Assembly: GCA_963810095.1 (NCBI GenBank)
Contig: CAWEMM010000006.1
Location: 32,001 to 96,000 of the forward strand
Direction of reading: 5' to 3'
DNA: 64,000 nt
From: an uncultured Chloroflexia bacterium
GTDB taxonomy: Bacteria > Chloroflexota > Anaerolineae > CG2-30-64-16
This document shows positions 53,473 to 64,000 of this stretch, one piece after another. Numbering within the stretch: the first letter of the stretch is position 1; each line of letters begins with the position of its first letter. Made by a program: the position numbers and the translations under genes. The notes under the pieces were generated by a model. That model saw nothing but the letters and a program-made list of their open reading frames with translations, ran no database searches and had not been told where the DNA came from.

Positions 53473-54372
53473 ATGAATACGGAGCCGATCCTCGAACTGG
53501 ACGGAATCACCAAGGCCTACGGCGAGACGGTCGCCCTGTCAGACTTGTCGCTGACCGTGCGCAAGGGCGAGATCCACGGCGTGCTGGGCGACAATGGCGC
53601 GGGTAAGACCACGCTGCTCAAACTCCTGACGGGCCTGCTGCCCCTTGATTCCTACCAGGGCACGGTTAAGGTCCAGGGTGCGCCCGTCTTGATTCATTCG
53701 CCCAGTGCCGCGATCAAGCTCGGGATTGGGATCGTGCCGCGGCGGCCGGGCATCTTCAGCGGCATGACGATTGCGGACAACATCGTAGTCGGGACGAAAG
53801 AGATGCGCGGCCTGGTGATCAACCAACAGAAGATGCGCGAGGCGGCCATCAAGCACCTGGAGGCGGTTGGGCTGAAGCTGGACCCGGCCGCCAAAGCCAA
53901 CAATCTGACCGCAAGCCAGCAGCGCCTGCTCATGATTGCCCGGGCCATCAGCCTGGAGACCCAGGTCATCGTGTTGGACGAACCCGCGGCCTTTCTCACC
54001 ACGGCGCAAGACCTCAGCCAACTCTTCCGGGCGCTGCGCGGCCTGGCCGAGCGAAACATCGCCGCGCTGTACCTCTCCCGCCGGCCGGCCGAGATCGTGC
54101 AGATCGCCGATCGCATCAGCGTCCTCCGCGACGGGAGCATGGTCGCCGAGTGGCAGCGGGTCGACTTCGACGAGACGACCATGATCAGGCAGATGCAGAG
54201 CGAACGGATCGGCGATGCGGGGTACGTGGACCATGACGACTTGAACCAGTCGAAGGGCTGGATGGATGGAATACAGGAATATCTTCACCGGCAACCGTGG
54301 TTGACGCCAGGTGAAAGCGGGCTCTCGCCACAAAGACTCAAAGCCACCAAGACGCACGAAAGTTCTTTGTGA
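53473..54372 (+). CDS. Orphan single-domain sugar-ABC (MglA/RbsA N-half-like) ATPase
   Basis: I.K.YG...AL, GEIHG.LGDNGAGKTTL, LDEP, IADRISVLRDG. Confidence 0.8.
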   Translation: MNTEPILELDGITKAYGETVALSDLSLTVRKGEIHGVLGDNGAGKTTLLKLLTGLLPLDSYQGTVKVQGAPVLIHSPSAAIKLGIGIVPRRPGIFSGMTIADNIVVGTKEMRGLVINQQKMREAAIKHLEAVGLKLDPAAKANNLTASQQRLLMIARAISLETQVIVLDEPAAFLTTAQDLSQLFRALRGLAERNIAALYLSRRPAEIVQIADRISVLRDGSMVAEWQRVDFDETTMIRQMQSERIGDAGYVDHDDLNQSKGWMDGIQEYLHRQPWLTPGESGLSPQRLKATKTHESSL

Positions 54373-54440
54373 CACTTAGTGTCTTCGTGTCTTGGTGGTT
54401 ACTCGCCGCGGCGTTCTGGAAGCACTGAGGAGTTGAGACG

Positions 54441-56639
<2,199 letters not shown>

Positions 56640-56736
56640 GTGGGTAACCAACAGAAGAACCGAAGAACCAAAGGGCCACAAAGGTTAGCGTCGAGCGTCA
56701 GAACTTTGCGGGTCTCCGGTGCTTCGGTCTTTGCTG

Positions 56737-57853
56737 TTAAAGCAAGTCGCGCTGTTGCAGACACCAGCCGGTCGATCTGCTCGGCCGTGTGCGAAGCGAA
56801 GATCGCGACCCGCAACGCGCCGCCGGCCGGCGTGCTCGAATAGCGGGTGATGTGGGCAACGCAGAGATCACGCTGAAACAACGCAGCCTGCAGGGCCGCA
56901 AGATCGAGCCCGGGGCGGGCGCGAAGGCAGATGATGGGGACCGGGCTCTCGTCGAGTTCCCAGCCGAGCGTGCGGAAGCCGGCCCGCGCCTGGCGCACGT
57001 TCGCCCACAGCTTCTCGCGCAGCTCCGGATGTGCGGCGACGTGGTTGAGTGCCCAGGCAGATGCCGCGGCAGCCGGAATCGGTGCCGGGCTGCTGCCGGC
57101 CAGGGCCGGCGCCTTCCGCCAAAGCTGCTCGACCAACGCCGCGCTCCCCGCGATCAGCCCCCCGTGGCCGCCGATCGCCTTGCTGAGCGTGTGCGCGGTG
57201 AAGCAGCGGACGGCCGACGGAGTGCGGTCTCCGGCCAGAAATTCCAGGCTTCCCTGCCCGTCCTTCCCGATGACGCCGGTCGCATGTGCATCGTCCACAC
57301 ACAGGATGGACCCGTCAAAGGCCGCCAGCACCCCTTGATACCCGGCCAGGGGCGCAATTTCGCCAGAAATCGGGAAGATGCCGTCCGTTAGCAGCAGCGG
57401 GCGCTCGCCGAGATGCAGTGTCTGGCGCAGGGCATCCTCGAGTGACGCCAAATCGCCATGGCGGAACACAACGACCGGCACGCCGCTGGCCGCGGCTGCC
57501 TCCCGCTCGCTGAAGTGCGCCGATTCGTCCAGGTACACCCGCTCGTACTCACCCCGCAGTCCTTGCAGCAAGACTCCCGAACCGAGATAGGCAGAGACGG
57601 TGTACAGGCTCCGCTCCTGACCGAAGTAGGCCGCCCCGGCCGCTTCGACCCGCGCAAACACCGGATGCTCGCCGTAGCCCCCTCGTGACGTGCCGGTCGT
57701 CAGGCCGTAGGTTTGCATCGCCTCGACTGCGGCCGCGACGAGGTCAGGGTGGCCCTGGAGCCCGAGGTAGCCTGTGCCCGAGAAGTAGTCGCGCCAACGG
57801 CCGTTGATGAGCGTGCGCGCACCGGGCGCGCTCTCCATGAGATAGGTTGCCAT
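56737..57853 (-). CDS. Class-II PLP enzyme (BioF/Kbl alpha-oxoamine synthase family)
   Basis: F.G..YLGL, DESAH.S, F.H.D, TDG.F..SG..APL, VDDAHATG, TLSKA.G..GG; likely real stop near 56737 (ORF track reads on through a REP into pfk). Confidence 0.82.
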
Positions 57854-57952
57854 GTTGAATTTGAATCCTCACCACCAAGACACAAAGACACGAAGGACCA
57901 CAAAGCAATTTATGCAGCTTTGTGACTTCGTGCCTTTGTGGTCAGGACCGGG

Positions 57953-58981
57953 CTAACCGACGAAAGTTCTGGCGCCGACGAAGTTGTCCCGCAGGCCCTG
58001 GACCGCCTGCACGTTGTCGCGGTAGACGCCGTTGATGCGGCGGGAGGAGTGGATAATGTCCCACCCGCCCAGGCTGATGCTGACGTGGTCGATCTTGCCC
58101 GGCTGGTCCGGGTCGCCGTAGAAGAGCAGGTCGCCGGGCTGATAGGGGAATTCGACCGGCCTCCCGGCCGCGTACTGCATATCCGCGTCACGCGGCAGCG
58201 TCATGCCCGACAGCCGGTGAATCAACTGGGCGAAGCCGGAGCAATCGATGCCCCAGGCCGAGCAGCCGCCCCAGAGGTACTGCACGCCGACAAAGCGGGC
58301 CGCGTCCGCCATCATTTGCGCTCGCCGCGCGCCGGCCGTTTCCGGCAGCGCGTCGAAGCTGCGGAGCGTGTTCGCCGGCACCCAGCCCGAGTGCTCGCCT
58401 GCCAACGTCACATGCCGCCACTCCCCATCGCCCGCGTCGACGACCACGGCAGTTCCGCCCAGGATGCGGGTGCTGAGGGCTGCCTCCCCGCCCGGCTCGG
58501 TCCGGACGTCGGCCTCGGTCGCGCAGACCAGGTGCGTGAACGTACAGCTGACAGCGGGGGCCAGGTACGGCCCGTACGCCCAGCCCATGTAGCCGTCAGC
58601 CAGCCGGACGAATCGCCAGCGGCCTTGCTCTTCGAGCACCTCCAGCGGCCACCCGTCGAGCAACTGGCTGATCTGCTCGGCCAGGAAGGAGGGCTGCGCG
58701 TAGAGCCCGGTCAGGTTGGTGCCGACGGCGGCGAAGGCTGCGCCCGCGCGCAGGACGCGCACGTCCGAGAGGTCCGGCCGCACGCCGGGGAGGCGCGCCG
58801 CCAGCTCGTGCCCGACGCGGTCCAGCGTGGCTTGGTCGAGCACCGCGCCGGTCAACCGAAGTTGGCCCGCATCCGATTCGAGGGCCTGGACACGGCAGTG
58901 CTGGACGCGGGTATCGGGGTAGAGTGCGGCGATCTGCTCGAGAACGGCCGCCACGCTGCCTGTTGTGAGAGCCTGGGTCAA
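57953..58981 (-). CDS. SH3b-SH3b-NlpC/P60 gamma-D-glutamyl peptidase (YkfC/DPP-VI-like), no signal peptide
   Basis: GGAGG RBS plus TTG overlapping upstream stop; SQLL.G, DGY.GW, YLWGG....GIDCSG, PRDADMQ, PGDLLF, DHV, IIHSS. Confidence 0.88.
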   Translation of the reverse strand: MTQALTTGSVAAVLEQIAALYPDTRVQHCRVQALESDAGQLRLTGAVLDQATLDRVGHELAARLPGVRPDLSDVRVLRAGAAFAAVGTNLTGLYAQPSFLAEQISQLLDGWPLEVLEEQGRWRFVRLADGYMGWAYGPYLAPAVSCTFTHLVCATEADVRTEPGGEAALSTRILGGTAVVVDAGDGEWRHVTLAGEHSGWVPANTLRSFDALPETAGARRAQMMADAARFVGVQYLWGGCSAWGIDCSGFAQLIHRLSGMTLPRDADMQYAAGRPVEFPYQPGDLLFYGDPDQPGKIDHVSISLGGWDIIHSSRRINGVYRDNVQAVQGLRDNFVGARTFVG

Positions 58982-60022
58982 GGGAGTACCTCCTGGAAGA
59001 CGCGTGCCATGTTGCGCCAACATACCTTTTCGACCTGCCGCTCGGACAAGCCGGCACGAGCCAGCGCGTCGGCGATGAGCGGATAACTTTCCACACCCGA
59101 CACCCCCTCAGGCGTGAAGCTGATGCCGTCCATATCGCCGCCCAGCCCAACGCAGTCCTCGCCGCCAACTTGCATGGCGTGCTCGACGTGGCGGGCAACC
59201 ATGTCGAGGGACGGGAGCGGGATCGCGGAGCTGCGGGCCGGCCGCCATGCGGTGCTGGTAGCGGGTGGCAGGGTCGGCGTGGGCTACCGGCGCCATCACC
59301 GCGTCCCAGGCGGTCAGGTAGTCCGGATCGAGGAAGTCGGGTGCGAGGTTAATCCCCATCACCCCACCGTCGCGTGCCAGGCGCCGGATCTGCTCGTCGG
59401 CCAGGTTGCGCGGAGCCGGGGCGATGCTGCGGCAGTTCGAGTGGCTGGCGATAAACGGACGACCCTGCAGGTGCTCGCGCACCTCGTCGAAGGCGGCGTC
59501 CGAAAGATGCGACACGTCGACCATCACACGCAGCTCGCGCGCCAGGTCGACGAGCTTGTGGCCCTCGGCCGTCAGCGGGCCGCCCCCGCCCGTCGAGCTG
59601 CCCGAGAACTGGTTATCGTCCCAAGCGGGGATGACCAAACGCAGGCCCCGCTCGAAGAAATCGACCAACGCGCCGGCGTCGGGCAGCGGGTCGGCCCCTT
59701 CCAGGCCGACGATCGCGGCCAGCGCGGGCACATCTGAGTCGAGCGCCAATGCGAGGTCGGTCCGTGTTCGGACGACGATCATCCGCCCCTGCGACCCGGC
59801 AGCCCAGCCCTGGATCGTGGCAGCTGCACGCTCGGCGAGCGCACGGGCGTCCCGGTTCGGGTAATAGGAACGGGCGGCGAAAATCGCAAAGACCTGGGCG
59901 CGGTGCCCCACGCGGAGCAAGCGCGGCAGGTCCATGTGCCCGCGGCCTTCGCCTTCGACGAAGTTGAAATCGCCGTCGTACGCGTTCATGACGGCATCAC
60001 AATGAGCATCGAAGAATCGCAT
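58978..60022 (-). CDS. M19 membrane-dipeptidase-family enzyme (frameshift near 59215)
   Basis: DAHCD, LEGA, VDVSHL, ASHSN, RNL.D, GGVMG, GLGGDMDG, N..RV. Confidence 0.88.
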
Positions 60023-60030
60023 TATGAGAG

Positions 60031-61065
60031 CTACTCCCTGACGACCGCGCCGATGCCGGGGCGGTCGGGCAGATGCAGGCCGCCGTGCTCGTCGTAGCGA
60101 ACACCGTCGAAAGGATCGTTGGCGATCAGGAGCGGGCTGTCGAGGTCAACCCAGTCGGCCAGTCCGGCGAGGTGGGCCATGGCCGTCGCGCCGATCGACG
60201 TCTCGATCATGCACCCCAACATCACGCGCATGCCGAGCTCTCGGCCGCGCCGGGCCATCGCCACGCCGGAACCCAATCCGCCGGCCTTCTGCAGCTTGAG
60301 ATTAATGCCCTGCACGCCGGCCGCGGCCAGCGCCTCCACGTCGGTCAGCGACTGGCATGACTCGTCGGCCACCACCGGAATCGCCGTGTGCGCCTGTACG
60401 TAGCCCATGCCCGCGATGTCGTGCTTGCCCACCGGTTGCTCGATGAGCTCGATGTCTAGCGGCTCGAGCCGCCGCACCAACTCTACTGCTTCTTCCGGCT
60501 GCCAACCGGCATTTGCGTCGACCCGCAGCTTTGCGTCGGGCCGGGCCGCTCGTATGGCCCGCAGCCGGGCGAAATCGTCGTCCGAGCCGAGCTTGATCTT
60601 CAGCGTCTCGTACTGCCGCGCTTCAGCGGCCTGACGCGCCATCTCGTCGGGTTCGGCAATCGCAATCGTGAAGCAGGTGGGGAGAACGGGTGGGCGAGGC
60701 AGACCGAGTAGCTGCCACACGGCAACGCCCGCAAGCCGCGCAAGCCGGTCGTGCAGGGCCAGATCCAACGCGCAGCGGGCCGGCGCGGGACCTTCGGGGC
60801 CAATCCACGCCGCGATGCCAGATGGGTCGTTGGGAAGGGAGACGGTGCTGTGGGCAGCCGCTTCCCACAGCGCAATCATGGCCTCGTCGGAGACCCCATA
60901 ATAGGGCGGGATCGCGGCTTCGCCCCAACCCTCGTCGCCGGCAAGCCTGATCCAGAAGGAGCGCCGCGTCTCGGTCACGCCGTAGGACAAGCGAAACGGC
61001 ACCCTCAGTTTCAGCGTCAGTGCCGTCCATGATAAAGCGGGAGCATCGTTGTGCCCGGTGGTCAT
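60031..61065 (-). CDS. L-Ala-D/L-Glu dipeptide epimerase (YkfB/YcjG, enolase superfamily)
   Basis: PF..S.G, G.GEA, KIKLG, VDANAGW, IEQP, ADES, INLKLQK.GG, GCMIE, DLD. Confidence 0.9.
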   Translation of the reverse strand: MTTGHNDAPALSWTALTLKLRVPFRLSYGVTETRRSFWIRLAGDEGWGEAAIPPYYGVSDEAMIALWEAAAHSTVSLPNDPSGIAAWIGPEGPAPARCALDLALHDRLARLAGVAVWQLLGLPRPPVLPTCFTIAIAEPDEMARQAAEARQYETLKIKLGSDDDFARLRAIRAARPDAKLRVDANAGWQPEEAVELVRRLEPLDIELIEQPVGKHDIAGMGYVQAHTAIPVVADESCQSLTDVEALAAAGVQGINLKLQKAGGLGSGVAMARRGRELGMRVMLGCMIETSIGATAMAHLAGLADWVDLDSPLLIANDPFDGVRYDEHGGLHLPDRPGIGAVVRE

Positions 61066-61182
61066 TGCCTGGCCCCTTTGCGATGGTAGAAGCACGAGGG
61101 GCATGATAACACAGAACGTTCGCAGCGTGGTACACTGACATCGGTGTTGCCGAAGAAAGCGAGCTGAACCTGAGGGAGCAAG

Positions 61183-62325
61183 ATGACGGAGAATCAACGT
61201 GTGCTGAACTTCCTGCGACGGCGCCAGGCCGACATGGTCGCCGACCTCGTACGTCTCGTCGAGCTGGAATCGCCGAGCGACGACAAGGCCAGCCTCGACC
61301 GGCTCGGCGAACACCTGGCGGGCCGGCTGCGTGAGCTGGGCGCCGAGGTCGATGTCCTGGAACAAGACCAGGCAGGCAATCACCTGCGGGCACGCTGGGG
61401 CCAGGGCCAGCCGGGCGGGCCGCTGCTCCTCTGCCACATGGACACGGTGTGGGACCTGGGTACGGTGCCCCAGCGCCCTGTGCGGATTGAGGACGGGCGG
61501 CTCTACGGCGCGGGCGCCTTCGACATGAAGGGCGGCATCGTAAATGCGCTCTGGGCGGTGCGCAGCCTCGCCGAGCTTGGCCTCATGCCCCAACGCCGTA
61601 TCACGCTGCTGATTACGTCGGACGAGGAAACGGGCAGCCGGACGTCCCGGCCGGTCATCGAAGCGGAGGCGCCGCAGCACGACTCGGTCTTCGTTCTCGA
61701 GCCGGCGCATCCGCCGCACGGTGCGCTCAAGACGTGGCGTAAGGGCGTGGGCCTGTACCGGCTGAAAGTCACGGGGGTCTCGGCACACGCGGGAGCGGCG
61801 CACGACGAGGGGGTCAACGCCATCGAGGAGATGTCGCACCAGGTGCTGGCGATCCAGAAGCTGACCGATTATGCGGCCGGGACCACGGTGAACGTGGGCG
61901 TCATCGGCGGCGGAACCCGCAGCAATGTGGTGCCCCAGGAGGCATGGGCCCGCATCGACGTGCGCGTGATGGACCAGGCCGAAGCGGAGCGGCTGGATCA
62001 AGCGCTGTGTGCGCTCGGGCCGCATCTGGCGGGCGCGCAGGTGGAAGTAACGGGTGGGATCAACCGGCCGCCGATGGTCAGGACCGAAGCCGGGGTGGCG
62101 CTCTTCCGTACCGCGGAGGCCATTGCCTCTGAGCTGGGCTTCGAGGTGACCGAGGCAGGCACCGGCGGGGGCTCGGACGGTAACTTCACCGCCGCACTTG
62201 GCGTGCCCACCCTCGACGGGCTCGGCGTGACCGGCGACGGCGGCCATGCGCTGCACGAGCATGTCGTGATTAGCTCCCTTCCCGAACGCGCCGCGCTGCT
62301 CGCCGGGCTCCTGCGCATGGGGTAG
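61183..62325 (+). CDS. M20 metallopeptidase (carboxypeptidase G2-like)
   Basis: HMDTV, G.G.FDMKGG, SDEETGS, EP, RKG, AHAG, GG..SNVVP, GGGSDGN, HA..E. Confidence 0.9.
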   Translation: MTENQRVLNFLRRRQADMVADLVRLVELESPSDDKASLDRLGEHLAGRLRELGAEVDVLEQDQAGNHLRARWGQGQPGGPLLLCHMDTVWDLGTVPQRPVRIEDGRLYGAGAFDMKGGIVNALWAVRSLAELGLMPQRRITLLITSDEETGSRTSRPVIEAEAPQHDSVFVLEPAHPPHGALKTWRKGVGLYRLKVTGVSAHAGAAHDEGVNAIEEMSHQVLAIQKLTDYAAGTTVNVGVIGGGTRSNVVPQEAWARIDVRVMDQAEAERLDQALCALGPHLAGAQVEVTGGINRPPMVRTEAGVALFRTAEAIASELGFEVTEAGTGGGSDGNFTAALGVPTLDGLGVTGDGGHALHEHVVISSLPERAALLAGLLRMG

Positions 62326-62423
62326 CGCCGTTCACAGGAAGAACCAAAGGACCGAAGGCGCACGAAGACGTCTTTGTGCAGCTTTCGTTCTTGGATTCTT
62401 CCTGTAAAGATCCTCGTTCGAAG

Positions 62424-62452
62424 TTGCACCGATAGCACTTTCGTGCTATTAT
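62424..62452 (+). promoter_or_regulatory. sigma70-type promoter with overlapping palindrome
   Basis: TTGCAC-17 nt-TATTAT; ATAGCAC-tttc-GTGCTAT inverted repeat at 62432-62449. Confidence 0.6.
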
Positions 62453-62476
62453 TATGTGAAGAGAGAGTCTAGCCAC

Positions 62477-64000
62477 ATGATGCCAGTGCAGCTTTCGGAA
62501 CAACAACGCGGGCTGGTGGCCCTGCCTGCGGACCGCCGCATCTTCCTGGAAGGGATTGCCGGGACGGGCAAAACGACCGCGGCAGTCGCGCGCCTCGAGC
62601 ACCTGCTGCGCGGCGGGCGTGCCCGGCAGCGATATCCTGCTCGTCCTGCCCCAGCGGACGCTCGCCGCGCCTTACGAGGCGCTCCTGCGCAGGGCCAGCA
62701 CCCCTGCGGGCGGCGAGGTCACGGTCGTCACCGTGGGCGGGCTCGGCCAGCGCATGATCGAGCTGTATTGGCCCCTGGTTTCGGCCCAGGCCGGCTTTGC
62801 GCACCCCGAGCGACCGCCCGTCTTCCTGACTCTGGAGACGGCCCAGTACTTCATGGCCCGCGTGGTCCGGCCCATGTTGGAAGCCGGTGCGTTTGACTCG
62901 ATCCGGGTGGAGCGCAACCGCCTGTACAGCCAGATCCTCGACAACCTCAATAAGGCAGCAGTGGTCGGGTTCGACGCGAGCGAGCTCGGGCCCCGGCTAA
63001 AGGCAGCGTGGCTCGGCGAGTCGGCGCAGCTGCGCGTGTACGACGAGGGCCAGGAAGCCGCGTCGCGCTTCCGCCAGTATTGCCTGGCTAATAACCTCCT
63101 CGACTTCTCGCTCCAATACGAGATGTTCGCACGGCACCTCTGGCCCCTGCGGCCGTGCCGCGAGTACCTGCTTGCCCGCTATCGTCACCTGATCGTCGAC
63201 AACGCGGAAGAGGATACCCCGGTCAGCCATGACATCCTGGCCGAGTGGCTGCCGCACGCCCGCTCGGCGCTCGTGGTGTATGACGTGGGCGGTGGCTACA
63301 GGCGGTTCCTGGGCGCCGACCCGCAGACGGGCTACGGGCTGAAGACGCTGTGCGACGAACAGGTGGCCTTCGATGCGTCGTTCGTGACTTCGCCCGACGT
63401 ACAGGCGCTGGCGCATAGCCTACGCCGTGCGCTGCGCCCGCGGCGCAACGTTGCCGGCGCGGCCCCCCTCATGGGCAGGCGGACGTCGCCCGTGCTGGCG
63501 GAGGAACTGGATTTTGAGGCGCCGTCGAGCGCACATCTTGCGACTCCCGCCCGTCCGAATGACGGAAGCGAATCACCTGGCGCAGGCATCCTGAGCGGAA
63601 CGAGCGAGGCGAGTGCAACCGAAGGACAACTGCTGCGCGCGCTCGAATACGAAGGCCGGCGCTACCATCACCAAATGCTCGACTGGGTGGCCGACCGCAT
63701 CGCCGTGTTGGTGCACGACGAGGGCGTGCGGCCGGGCGAAATCGCGGTGGTCGCGCCGTTTGTCGGCGGCGGGCTGCGGTTTACGCTGGAGAACCGGCTG
63801 GCCGCCCATGGCGTGGCGGTCCGGTCGCACCGGCCCTCGCGTGCCCTGCGCGAGGAACCCACCACTTTGTGCCTGCTGACCTGGGCTGCGCTGTGCCATC
63901 CGGGCTGGCGCATCCGGCCCGCGCCGTTTGACGTCGCTCAGGCCCTCATGCTGACCATCTCGGACATGGACCTGGTGCGCGCGCAGCTGTTGGCCGACAT
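62477..64000 (+). CDS. UvrD/SF1 helicase-like protein, 3' truncated (frameshift near 62620)
   Basis: LSEQQ, GIAGTGKTT; second frame open to window end with LLDFSLQ, YRHLIVDNAEED, GV.PGEIAVVAP. Confidence 0.7.

Noticed and set aside
61066-62262. 743-aa epimerase fusion in the ORF track
   Set aside because: The N-terminal part is antisense to the M20 gene; the real start is ATG 61065 after an AGGGG RBS.

Overview
High-GC (roughly two-thirds G+C) bacterial chromosomal segment. Gene content and protein style suggest Chloroflexota (Anaerolineae/Caldilineae-like), which is an inference. Many single-base frameshifts occur even in housekeeping genes (lgt, ppk1, copA), so most are probably long-read consensus errors. 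In order, the window holds: a parvulin PPIase, rel, a rare tRNA-Arg(TCG), about 19 kb of giant secreted repeat proteins (two paralogous M28 peptidases and a ~3600-aa SdrD-B repeat protein), a META lipoprotein, ppk1, and a split methionine synthase with a RACo activator. It continues with lgt, csoR-copZ-copA, an unusual cytochrome c maturation operon, rpsT, a Ppm1 plus GT-C/flippase fusion locus, a eukaryote-type tandem PFK, a murein-peptide salvage-like operon and a degenerate UvrD-like gene. The best candidate for an undescribed system is the ccm operon. It combines a CxxxY CcmE, a dihaem cytochrome/Ig-fold/CcmI-like fusion, CcmABCD, a circularly permuted CcdA and a coupled DUF2085-like protein, with no CcmF/G/H in the operon. 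Several families of intergenic REP-like palindromes are also present. No integrase, transposase or CRISPR array was seen.
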